Shown here: positions 16,849-24,937 of the stretch, piece after piece | Position numbering within the stretch: position 1 is the stretch's first letter | How the letters are laid out: each line of letters opens with the position of its first letter | IMG/VR virus record: IMGVR_UViG_3300016472_000359 | Coordinates: 1 to 25,220 of that record | Strand: one strand, 5' to 3' | Length of the DNA: 25,220 nt | DNA from: a virus | Lineage: Duplodnaviria; Caudoviricetes | Notes under the pieces: generated by a model | Told to the model about the DNA's origin: nothing | Database searches by the model: none | Seen by the model: the letters and a program-made list of their open reading frames with translations, nothing else | Program-made: the position numbers and the translations under genes

Positions 16849-17234
16849 GATCCCGAGGCAAATCTGGGGGGGCTGGGCTTGTTGCTCGGGGGCTTGGGCT
16901 GGGGCTTGAGGCTCTCCCGGTGCTTCCGGTTGATCCACTTCCAGTATGCCTTGCGCTGCCCGGTGGTCTGACAGTCGACGCGCCCGTCGGGCGTCACCTT
17001 GGCCCCGGTCTCGCGCTCGATCTCCGCGGCGTCCTCGGGCCCGGCGCCCTCGGACTCATGGAATCGGTCGGACGTGTATGTCAGCACGCGGTTGGTCTGG
17101 TTGATCCGCGACGGGATGCGGACGTGCGGGAGGCCGCCGATCATCACGGTTTCGCCGATGCGCGGGGCCTCGGACGGGCGGTAGAACTCCTCGACCACGC
17201 TCCCGTCTGGGGCGCGGAACTCGTACAGGGGCAT
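16845..17234 (-). CDS. FmdB-like small protein lacking the Zn-ribbon cysteines (129 aa)
   Basis: Start moved to ATG 17234: MPLYEFRAPDGSVVEEF; sits between portal and scaffold, where FmdB-like genes often occur. Confidence 0.65.
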   Translation of the reverse strand: MPLYEFRAPDGSVVEEFYRPSEAPRIGETVMIGGLPHVRIPSRINQTNRVLTYTSDRFHESEGAGPEDAAEIERETGAKVTPDGRVDCQTTGQRKAYWKWINRKHRESLKPQPKPPSNKPSPPRFASGS

Positions 17235-17235
17235 G

Positions 17236-18984
17236 TCAGGCTCCGTATCCGGTGGGAACTGATGGGGCCGCCGCGGACCGGACCTGGTCGATGCGGCGGC
17301 TGGACGACGCCGGGCCCGTCTGCTGGCCGGCGGGGGCGGCACCGATCGGCGGCGCGGCCTGGATGGCGATGGGGACTTCGCTCCCCGGGAGGATCTCGGC
17401 CATGTTGTTGATCCCGATGTCGCGGGCCAGGGCCTTGATCGCCGGGAGCGGGGGCACGCCGAGCATGGCGAGGGTCTGCACGATCGTCGGAAGCTGGGCG
17501 ATGAACTCGACGGTTCGGGCCGCCCGGACCGCGGGGTCCATGCGCGGGCCGTTGGTGGCCAGCATCGAGAACATGAAATCGGCGTGGTCGCCCTCCTTGG
17601 TCTCCGCGGAGTACACGACCTCGACCATCTCCCCGCCGGGGAGGCGGTAGGGCAGGGGCTTCTGCATGTACGGGTCGGTCAGGAAGTACCAGCCGATGCC
17701 CCGGTACACCCCGCCGGCGAAGCTCCGGAACCGCCTGGCCATCCGGGAGAGGATCAGGTCGGAGTTGGCCTGCAAGATGCTTGCGGACGTTGCGGTCTTG
17801 GCCGGGCTGCGGGCCCCGCTGCGGGTCATCAGGCCGGCGCCCTGGTCGTTGAACACCGAGCCGAACCAGTCCATGCCGGTGTAGAGCGTCGGATCGACGC
17901 CGCCCAGGTCCAGGACGTTGATGTCGCTCGGGTCGTTGATCCCGAGCCCGTCGCCGTCCTGCGCCTCCATGGCCTTGAGGAAGTCGTCTTTGCGGGCCTT
18001 CTTGTAGACCGGGAGCCGCTTGGACCGCATGAGTTGGCTGACCGTCCGGGCGGCAATCTTGCACATCGAGTCGTGAACATCGCGCAGCGCGGCGATCGGG
18101 GCGGCCCCGAACGGGAGGCCGGGGGCGTGGATGCCGCACTCGAGGATGTGAATCGGCGAGCCCTCGGGGCCCTCAAAGGTGTACTCGGGCCGGGCGACCT
18201 TGGGGTTGTCGCCCAGGATCTCGCCGGACCCGGAACTGTCCGGACAGAGGGTGTGGATGATCGTTTCCCGCGACCCGTACACGTTGACCTTCCACAGGAC
18301 GATCCGCTCCTCGAGCTCCTCGTCGCCCGGGTCGCTGTTGCGCTTGTTGCCGCGGAGCTCCTTGAGGCTGGGGGCGTTCTCGATGACCGCGGGGTCGTAG
18401 AGGCCCGACGCCAGGGCGCCCTCGCGGCTGATAATCAACTGCGTCGCGTCCCACCGTTTCTCCTGGTGGTTTTCCGCCTCCGGGTCCATGGCGTAGGTGT
18501 CAAGATCCACCAGGGCGGCGAACGGCTGGCCGATGTCGTAGATGGCCCCGTCGATGGCGGTGATCTCGTTGCCGGCCCGGAGGCTGACCTCGACGGGCAC
18601 GAACGGCTGGAGGATCGCACAGACCGCGATCTGCTCCCACACGGCCTCCATGTTGGTCTCGACCTGCCAGTGCTCAAGCATCGTCTGGATGAGCTCGGCC
18701 TCGGCCTGGAGCCCCGCCCGGCTGGGCGTGACGTGCGGCATGACGTTGTCGCCCATGATGGCCGGGACCATGCTCTGCACGGCCTGCATAAGCAGGTTCA
18801 CCACCATGCGCTGTTCGCTGGTTTTCTGGCTCTCGGCGGCGGCCCGGAGGTTGGAGGCCCCGATGCTGTCGTACCAGCGCCCGACAAGCTGGCGGACGTG
18901 GTCGTCGCGCACGCGCACAAACTGCTGCACGCGCTGGTGCCCCTTGGTCAGGGACTTTCCAAGGCTCTTGGTGAAGTCGGGCAC
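17236..18984 (-). CDS. Portal protein (582 aa)
   Basis: Follows TerL; VVNLLMQAVQSMVPAI..P, YAMDPEA, KTATSASILQAN motifs of P22-like portals; GTG start with GGGAG RBS. Confidence 0.88.
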   Translation of the reverse strand: MPDFTKSLGKSLTKGHQRVQQFVRVRDDHVRQLVGRWYDSIGASNLRAAAESQKTSEQRMVVNLLMQAVQSMVPAIMGDNVMPHVTPSRAGLQAEAELIQTMLEHWQVETNMEAVWEQIAVCAILQPFVPVEVSLRAGNEITAIDGAIYDIGQPFAALVDLDTYAMDPEAENHQEKRWDATQLIISREGALASGLYDPAVIENAPSLKELRGNKRNSDPGDEELEERIVLWKVNVYGSRETIIHTLCPDSSGSGEILGDNPKVARPEYTFEGPEGSPIHILECGIHAPGLPFGAAPIAALRDVHDSMCKIAARTVSQLMRSKRLPVYKKARKDDFLKAMEAQDGDGLGINDPSDINVLDLGGVDPTLYTGMDWFGSVFNDQGAGLMTRSGARSPAKTATSASILQANSDLILSRMARRFRSFAGGVYRGIGWYFLTDPYMQKPLPYRLPGGEMVEVVYSAETKEGDHADFMFSMLATNGPRMDPAVRAARTVEFIAQLPTIVQTLAMLGVPPLPAIKALARDIGINNMAEILPGSEVPIAIQAAPPIGAAPAGQQTGPASSSRRIDQVRSAAAPSVPTGYGA

Positions 18985-19019
18985 GGGATGGCTCCCGCGC
19001 CTTGGCCGGGAACATGGTA
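18980..19019 (-). promoter_or_regulatory. Conserved leader element upstream of the portal gene
   Basis: TACCAT, 5 nt, CGGCCAAGGCGCGGGAG, 7 nt, GTG; 27/30 identical to 23983-24012. Confidence 0.65.
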
Positions 19020-19022
19020 GCG

Positions 19023-20633
19023 CTACCAGTCGTCACGCCGAGCCGCGGCCTTGCGCCGTCGCTCCTCCTCGATGCGGCTTCCGTGGTCCCCGCGGGGCTC
19101 GGGCAGCGGGATCCGGTCGACCTTGGTGCAACCCAAGCACGCGAGCGCGTCGGCGATGACGTGGTCGCCGTGCGGGGTCTCGCCATCGGACACGCCGCCC
19201 GCGGCGCCCATGGCGACGTACACCACCCGGTTGTGCTCGTCGTAGATGTACCGGAGGCACTCGTCCAGCGCCCTGGCCGAGCGGTTGATGTACCCGGTCG
19301 ACCCCAGGGCCGCCCGATATCGGCCAAGCAGGGTCTCCTTGGACTGGGCGGTCGACCTCCACCCGTAGTCGCTGCGGTCCTTGGATTTGGCCTTGGCGGT
19401 GGGGCGGTCGCGGTACACGTTCGGCCAGTCAAGCTCGAGGAGCCGCTCGAGGAAGTTCTCGCCGGGCCCGTTGCGCTCCGACACCACCAGGGCCGGCGCG
19501 ATCCCGCCCCACCAGAGGGCCGCGGCGACGCACACCTCCGCGAGCTCATGGGGCGTGACGCGGGAGCACTCGTACTTGCCGACCAGGTTGTAGGTCTCGG
19601 CGTCGACCACGCTGATGATGCTGTTCGAGGAGCCGTTGCCCGTGGCGATGTCGACGCCAAAGACGTACATGCGGGACTGGTCGGGGCGATTGTGGGGGCT
19701 CCCCCGCTGGCGGGACACGGGGCTCCAGACCTGCCACCTTCCGCGGTCGGGATCGGGCACGAACTTGATCTGATCGGCCTCGCCGGCGGTGAGGATCTCG
19801 TCGATCTCGATGGGGTCGTCGCTCAGGGCGACGATGTTCCCCTGCTGGAGCGCCGGGCGGGCGTGCTGGGCCTTGTGCTGGGCGATGACCTTGGACGAGA
19901 AGAACGCCGACTTGGGCTCGACGGGCTTTCCCTCGAACTCCTGGGCGAACTGCTCGTCGGTCATCTGCTCCTTGGCCATCTCGAAGAACATGGGCGGCAG
20001 GTGCGGGTTGTCCCACGACGGACGCTCCCAGGACTTCCAGCCCGTGCGCGTGCCCTGGCCCCACTCCCACATGACGTTCAGGTCGGGAAACTTGAGATCG
20101 GGCGTGCCCACCAACCAGGCGGTGCCGTCAAAGTCGGTGAGCGTGGGGAAGATGTCGGTGAAGAAGCGCGTAATCAAGTCGGGCAGAAGCCCGGCCTCGT
20201 CAAGCAGGACCATCTTGTAGCGGCGGGACCGGCCCGCGCCGGGGGTCTCCCACGACCAAAACTCGATGATGCCGCCGTTGGGCACCACCAGACGCATCCG
20301 GGTCTCGTCTTTGTGGACGATGAACTGCTCGCCGAGGATCATCACGACCACGTCCCAGATGGGTCGGAGCCGGTTGTACTCGGGGCCGAACACGCCGACC
20401 GGCCACCCCTGAAGCGCGGAAAGAATGGCCTTGACCGCGATGAAGAAGCTCTTGCCCCACCGGCGCCCGCAGCGCAGCACGTTGAACCGCTGGCCCTCGG
20501 CCTCCACAAGCTGCTGGCCCTTATGAAGCGCTGGGAGCTCCAAACGGGCGACCGGAATCGACGAATCGGACTTCGATTGCTCGGTAGTCGGTTCGCTTGA
20601 GGGTGAGGTCGACCGTGGACGCGGCTTTGCCAT
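19023..20633 (-). CDS. terL: Terminase large subunit (536 aa; start uncertain)
   Basis: Walker A CGRRWGKS, Walker B VLLDEA, coupling motif VGTP, FAQEFEG, RNase H-like nuclease motifs YVFGVDIATG, VSERNGPG, HGDHVIADALA. Confidence 0.95.
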   Translation of the reverse strand: MAKPRPRSTSPSSEPTTEQSKSDSSIPVARLELPALHKGQQLVEAEGQRFNVLRCGRRWGKSFFIAVKAILSALQGWPVGVFGPEYNRLRPIWDVVVMILGEQFIVHKDETRMRLVVPNGGIIEFWSWETPGAGRSRRYKMVLLDEAGLLPDLITRFFTDIFPTLTDFDGTAWLVGTPDLKFPDLNVMWEWGQGTRTGWKSWERPSWDNPHLPPMFFEMAKEQMTDEQFAQEFEGKPVEPKSAFFSSKVIAQHKAQHARPALQQGNIVALSDDPIEIDEILTAGEADQIKFVPDPDRGRWQVWSPVSRQRGSPHNRPDQSRMYVFGVDIATGNGSSNSIISVVDAETYNLVGKYECSRVTPHELAEVCVAAALWWGGIAPALVVSERNGPGENFLERLLELDWPNVYRDRPTAKAKSKDRSDYGWRSTAQSKETLLGRYRAALGSTGYINRSARALDECLRYIYDEHNRVVYVAMGAAGGVSDGETPHGDHVIADALACLGCTKVDRIPLPEPRGDHGSRIEEERRRKAAARRDDW

Positions 20634-20898
20634 AGCGGGCCTCGAAGATCAGTTTGGCCGCGGCCACGCCGGCGGCGGTGACGTTCCCCTGCTCGTCCCG
20701 CCCGTTCATGGCCTGCTCGAGCGTTTCAACCGCGGTGCGGACCAGGGGCGGAACGCCGTCCTCGGCCTTGGCCCCAAGCGCGCCCTGCTTGATGGCCAGG
20801 ACCAGGTCCATCTCCGTCTTGCGGTCGACGGTGGGCCTGCCGGATCCGGGCCGCGGGCCTCCCTTGGCGAGCTTGTTGCCCTTGGCGAACTTCCCCAT
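20521..20898 (-). CDS. terS: Terminase small subunit (125 aa)
   Basis: GKFAKGN..GGPRPGSGRP N-terminus, AAKLIFEARYGKA and IEVRFVD C-terminal motifs; directly upstream of TerL. Confidence 0.75.
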   Translation of the reverse strand: MGKFAKGNKLAKGGPRPGSGRPTVDRKTEMDLVLAIKQGALGAKAEDGVPPLVRTAVETLEQAMNGRDEQGNVTAAGVAAAKLIFEARYGKAASTVDLTLKRTDYRAIEVRFVDSGRPFGAPSAS

Positions 20899-20902
20899 GG
20901 TG

Positions 20903-21055
20903 CTACCCGAGCCTGCCGGGGACTCTGCCGTCGATCCGCTCCGGGAATCTCTGCACGCGCCCGGAGTCGGTCAGGTCGTCCCAGAGCCCGAAGGTGTCCC
21001 AGGCCGATTCCGTGAATGACTCCCAGTCTCCAAGGGTGAAAGAGCCCCAGAACAT
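20903..21055 (-). CDS. Small Trp/Phe-repeat protein (50 aa), not in the ORF track
   Basis: AGGAGG RBS 4 nt before the ATG; MFWGSFTLGDWESFTESAWDTFGLWDDLTDSGRVQRFPERIDGRVPGRLG; fills the gap between tailspike and terS. Confidence 0.7.
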   Translation of the reverse strand: MFWGSFTLGDWESFTESAWDTFGLWDDLTDSGRVQRFPERIDGRVPGRLG

Positions 21056-21068
21056 GCGGCCTCCTGTC

Positions 21069-23369
21069 TCAGGCAGACGTGCCGGCGCGTGCCACCCACC
21101 GGAAGGTGAAGTGCGCCCCGACGTTGCCCGCCCCTCCCGTGCTGGTGTAGGTGCTCACGGTGAATGTGGTGTTGGTCACGGCGCTGATCGCCCAACTCGT
21201 CGCGGTGTGCAGGGCGCTGGTGGGCGTGATCTGGATGTTGGCCGCGGTGTAGGTGCTCCACTGGCCCGCGGTCGCGTCGTAGCCGAGCAGGTGGCTGATC
21301 TCCTCGGAGCTCGTTCCGCTGTCGACCTGGCCCGTGCCGCTGGCAAAGTCGCGGATCTTGGTCTGGAGCGTCGAGTCCCGCGAGTAGTTGCCCCAGACCA
21401 CGCCCATGCTGGGCGAGGCGTTGCCCATGAACAGGCCAGTCGCCCCGGACACGAACGACGTGAGGGGCTGGGTGACGTTCTCCAGGTGGTTGTTGGTGAA
21501 GCTGTAGCGGTTGATGGCGGTGGTCACGGCGCACACGGTCTTTTGCCATGTGTCGATGTACATGTCCCGCACGACGACGTTCTCGCACTGGAGCAGGTCG
21601 TTGGCGCCGCCACCCGGGCGCGGGTAGAGCAGGATCGGGATCGACCCGCCGCCGGCCCCGATAAGCGACCCGCCCGAAAAGCTCGGGCTCTGACAGTCGT
21701 AGAGCGTGATCCCGTGGTTCGAGGCGCTGGTCTTGCGGCAGGCGTTGTTGTGCCACACCAGGCCATCGACGGCCCGGAACACGGCCAGGTTGCCCGAGCC
21801 GGTCCGCAGATTGTTGCCGGCGAACCGGATGCCCGTCGACCGCTTGGTGAAGTCGTCGGTCGCCAGGTCGATGCACGCGCCCGTGTCCGAAACCAGAGTA
21901 TTTCCCTCGATGCACACGTCCTGGAGCGCGACGACGGGCCCCGCGCCGATCAGGGGGCACAGGAGCTTGATGGCCGCGGCCCCGTTGGTGGTCTCCAGGT
22001 GGTTGTTCGCCACGATCGCCCGGCAGAACGGGCGGGAGGGGGAGCCGGAACCCGCCAGATCCTCGGTGTCGTAGTCGCCGAAGGCGGCGAACGCGGACCC
22101 GCCCGAGAGGCCGGTGGTGCCCGGGGTCGTGTTCTTCACGCGGTTCCCGGTGACAAGCACGTCCGTCGCGGCGTGGAAGTAGATCCCGTGCGAGGAGTCA
22201 GCCAGGACAACGCCGTTGCCCGAGCCGTACTGGTAGCCCGATACGTTGTTGATGGTGGGCGTGGTCGGGCCCCCGGTCACGGTGATGGCGTTGGCGCTGG
22301 TGCGGCCCGTGATGGTGAGGACGGTTCCGCGAGTCAGTCCCCCGAGAGCGTAGAACTTGTCGCCGGATGCCCAGGTGTAGCTGGCGAACGCATTGGTGAG
22401 CGTGATCGTGCCGACGCCCGCGGCGTAGGTGTACGTCGCCCCGCTGAAACGCGAGAAGCAGTTGGCCGCACGCCCGTTCCAGTCCTGGATGCAGATGTTG
22501 TCGACCACGTCGCAATGGTGCGCGAGGTACTCGACCTGGATGCACGACCGCTTGCCGGCGCCGACGTAGTTCCGGGCGAGCTTGCCGGTGTGGGCGGCGT
22601 AGCCGATGACGGCGATGTTGTCGTAGGCGGCGGGGCCGGGCACCTCGTTGTCGACCACCTGCCACTTGGTCGCGGCCATGATGCAGATGCAGGAGCTCCG
22701 CAGGTTGCCGGCGGCGGCGCTCAGGTCGATCTCCGGCGGGGCGTTGCTGATCTTGCAGCGACGAACGATCGCGCCGGTGGTGGCGTACAGGCTCACCACG
22801 TCGTAGGAGTAGTCGGGGTTGACGGAGGCGTCCATCGCCCCGAACGTGCCCCCGTTCCCGTCGATCCACAGATCCTCAACGATGACGCCAGGGACCGCGT
22901 TGTCCGAGGGGGAGGCGAGCGCCGCGGGGTCGTCAACGCACATGAAGGCGTACAGGTTGCCCTTGTCGGACCCCATCTCGGGCACGATGCCGGGGACCAT
23001 GTCGAGCAGCACGCCGTTGGGCGTGGCGGACACGCCGGCGTGGTTCCAAATGATGCGCGAGCTGATTCCTTCGCCGCGGTAGGTGATGTTCGGCCTCTTG
23101 GGCAGGTAGTTGAGCAGGTAGGTGCCCCGCGGGAAAAACACGACCACATGGCCGCCCAGGGCCTCCGCGGCGGCAAGGCAGGCCAGGACCGCCGCGGTGT
23201 CGTTGGTGACACCGTCGCCGACGGCGCCGAACGCCACATCGCACACCGAGAGCAGGAACGTGCGGGCCGACAGGTTCAGGAAGTTGTCGTTCAGGGCTTG
23301 GCCGCCCGGCCCGATGGGGGTGCCGGCGAGCACGTCAATCCGGCGCGTCGTCGTGAGATATGCGGGCAT
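21069..23369 (-). CDS. Tailspike / depolymerase with right-handed beta-helix (766 aa)
   Basis: Pectate_lyase_3-type start (FGAVGDGVTNDTAAVLAC..VFFPRGTYL), repeated Asn-ladder rungs (VTGNRV, IEGNTL, FAGNNL), small C-terminal beta domain (TNTTFTV..FRWVA). Confidence 0.85.
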   Translation of the reverse strand: MPAYLTTTRRIDVLAGTPIGPGGQALNDNFLNLSARTFLLSVCDVAFGAVGDGVTNDTAAVLACLAAAEALGGHVVVFFPRGTYLLNYLPKRPNITYRGEGISSRIIWNHAGVSATPNGVLLDMVPGIVPEMGSDKGNLYAFMCVDDPAALASPSDNAVPGVIVEDLWIDGNGGTFGAMDASVNPDYSYDVVSLYATTGAIVRRCKISNAPPEIDLSAAAGNLRSSCICIMAATKWQVVDNEVPGPAAYDNIAVIGYAAHTGKLARNYVGAGKRSCIQVEYLAHHCDVVDNICIQDWNGRAANCFSRFSGATYTYAAGVGTITLTNAFASYTWASGDKFYALGGLTRGTVLTITGRTSANAITVTGGPTTPTINNVSGYQYGSGNGVVLADSSHGIYFHAATDVLVTGNRVKNTTPGTTGLSGGSAFAAFGDYDTEDLAGSGSPSRPFCRAIVANNHLETTNGAAAIKLLCPLIGAGPVVALQDVCIEGNTLVSDTGACIDLATDDFTKRSTGIRFAGNNLRTGSGNLAVFRAVDGLVWHNNACRKTSASNHGITLYDCQSPSFSGGSLIGAGGGSIPILLYPRPGGGANDLLQCENVVVRDMYIDTWQKTVCAVTTAINRYSFTNNHLENVTQPLTSFVSGATGLFMGNASPSMGVVWGNYSRDSTLQTKIRDFASGTGQVDSGTSSEEISHLLGYDATAGQWSTYTAANIQITPTSALHTATSWAISAVTNTTFTVSTYTSTGGAGNVGAHFTFRWVARAGTSA

Positions 23370-23372
23370 GGG

Positions 23373-23987
23373 TTACTCCCGGGTGATGTCGGCCTCGAGG
23401 AGCCCCGCCTCGGCGGCGGCCGCGCCGCCCGTGGGGCTGTTGCATCGCACGAAATACTGGATGATGGGAACGTCGCCCGGGTCGAACAGGATGCTCGCGG
23501 GGCCCCCGGACCCAGCCGCGGAGGCGTTGGGGCGCACGCTGTACTTGCCGTCGATGTAGTCAGTGAGCACATCGACCCGGCGGGCGTAGCTCTCGGCGTC
23601 CGTCACCAGGCCGTTCTCGATGCCCACCTTGCTGCCCAGGGTGAACTTGACCTCAAGCAGCGGGATCTGCGTCCATTGGGTCACGACCGTTGGGGTGGCC
23701 GGCGCGTAGGCGGGCACCACCTGCTTCCAGCCCATCACCAAAACGGTGAACTCGGAGCCGTCGGCGCCGACGCCGATCCCCGAGAGGCACTTGAGCAGCC
23801 CGTTGTTGGGCGTGCAGCCCTTGCCGTTTGCCCAGTCCTGGATCGAGGGATCCTCGGCGAGCGAGTCCGCGCCCTCGATGGTGTAGGCGACGGTCGAGTC
23901 GGTGAGGGTGCGGGCAAGACGCCGGAGCGGGCCGACGTTTCCGCGGACCGAGCGGGGCGGCGCGCTGTGGCTGTGAATGTGCGGCAC
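23373..23987 (-). CDS. Hypothetical beta-rich virion-associated protein (204 aa)
   Basis: Start moved to GTG 23987 with GGGAG RBS; normal codon bias; first gene behind a TATAGT box. Confidence 0.65.
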   Translation of the reverse strand: MPHIHSHSAPPRSVRGNVGPLRRLARTLTDSTVAYTIEGADSLAEDPSIQDWANGKGCTPNNGLLKCLSGIGVGADGSEFTVLVMGWKQVVPAYAPATPTVVTQWTQIPLLEVKFTLGSKVGIENGLVTDAESYARRVDVLTDYIDGKYSVRPNASAAGSGGPASILFDPGDVPIIQYFVRCNSPTGGAAAAEAGLLEADITRE

Positions 23988-24021
23988 GGGTCTGCTCCCG
24001 CGCCTTGGCCGGCGAACTATA
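23983..24021 (-). promoter_or_regulatory. -10 box plus conserved leader element at the head of the structural operon
   Basis: TATAGT (24021-24016), 4 nt, CGGCCAAGGCGCGGGAG, 7 nt, GTG. Confidence 0.65.
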
Positions 24022-24025
24022 CGCC

Positions 24026-24472
24026 ATGCTCCTGAGCGATCAGCGGCGCATGTTGGAGGCCAAGGCAAGATCCTGCCTGGTCGAGCTCGTCGCCGACCAT
24101 GTCCGGGCGACCGAGCCGGGCTTTCGGGCCGTCTGGAGCCGGGTGGTGATCCGCGCGATCGGGTTGCTCGAGGTGCCCATCGGGCCCGAGGAGCGTGGCG
24201 CGGCCTACGCGGTGTCGTTCTTCCGCCCAGCGGGCGGCGGGCTCGGCCCCGAGTACCTGATCGGGTTCGCGGCGGTGGCGGCGGACGGCTCCATAGTGCC
24301 GGCGACCGCGTCGCTGCCGAGCGTCGCGGGTTGGCGGCCTACTCGCCTCGGCTCCCCAGGTGGTGCTTGCCCCCCGACCGGCGACGGCGCTTCGGCTCCG
24401 CTTCCGGGGTCTCGGCGGTTTCGGGCGTGGGCTCGAGCTCCCCATCGGGATCGGTCTGCTGCGTGGCCTTGA
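24026..24472 (+). CDS. Hypothetical protein (148 aa), divergent from the structural operon
   Basis: ATG 24026; mostly G/C-ending codons and globular composition over the first ~100 codons; tail overlaps the wHTH gene by 134 nt. Confidence 0.5.
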   Translation: MLLSDQRRMLEAKARSCLVELVADHVRATEPGFRAVWSRVVIRAIGLLEVPIGPEERGAAYAVSFFRPAGGGLGPEYLIGFAAVAADGSIVPATASLPSVAGWRPTRLGSPGGACPPTGDGASAPLPGSRRFRAWARAPHRDRSAAWP

Positions 24473-24827
24473 TGGCGGCGGGGAGGGGCTGGGCGCGGAG
24501 GGCCTTGATGTCCATCCCGAGCTTGGCGCCGCGGTCCCGGTACATGCGCAGCGTGCTGGCCATGGCGTTCCGCCCCCGGGTGGAGGCGACAAACGTGGTC
24601 CGGAGCTCGTTGCCGGTCTTGGGATCGGTGCCGAAGTCGACGAACCCCATGGTGTAAAGCTGGTCCAGGGTGTCGATGACGGCGTCGGCGTCGCCGCAGG
24701 CCGCGGCCACCTGGCGTTCGATCTCCCGCCTGGGGATCTGCGCGTTGGGGTTGGAGGCGAACAGGTCGAGGACGACCAGGACGGCGGGCTGGAACGGCTC
24801 CACCTGCACCGATGGGGATGTGGTCAC
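24339..24827 (-). CDS. Winged helix-turn-helix DNA-binding protein (162 aa)
   Basis: VLVVLDLF..IPRREIERQV..AVIDTLDQLYTMGFVDF..TFVASTRGRNAM fits the PadR/MarR-like wHTH layout; GTG start with GGGAG RBS. Confidence 0.6.
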   Translation of the reverse strand: MTTSPSVQVEPFQPAVLVVLDLFASNPNAQIPRREIERQVAAACGDADAVIDTLDQLYTMGFVDFGTDPKTGNELRTTFVASTRGRNAMASTLRMYRDRGAKLGMDIKALRAQPLPAAIKATQQTDPDGELEPTPETAETPEAEPKRRRRSGGKHHLGSRGE

Positions 24828-24937
24828 GCGGGACTCCCGCGCCCTGGCCCGAACCGAACGCCCGCCCCGGCGCGTGCCGGGAACGGGTATGCCCGCAGGA
24901 GTCTACTCAGGCTGGCCGTTGATTTCGCCCGTTGGTT

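Noticed and set aside
20994-24035. 1013-aa plus-strand ORF, and similar long plus ORFs (147-980, 2229-3236, 3369-4523, 10907-13252, 17584-19020, 19002-20600)
   Set aside because: Codon-aligned antisense shadows of real high-GC minus-strand genes; Arg/Gly/Val/His-rich with no motifs.
24017-24592. 191-aa minus-strand ORF as the gene in this interval
   Set aside because: Reads as the antisense shadow of the plus ORF at 24026 and overlaps the wHTH gene out of frame.
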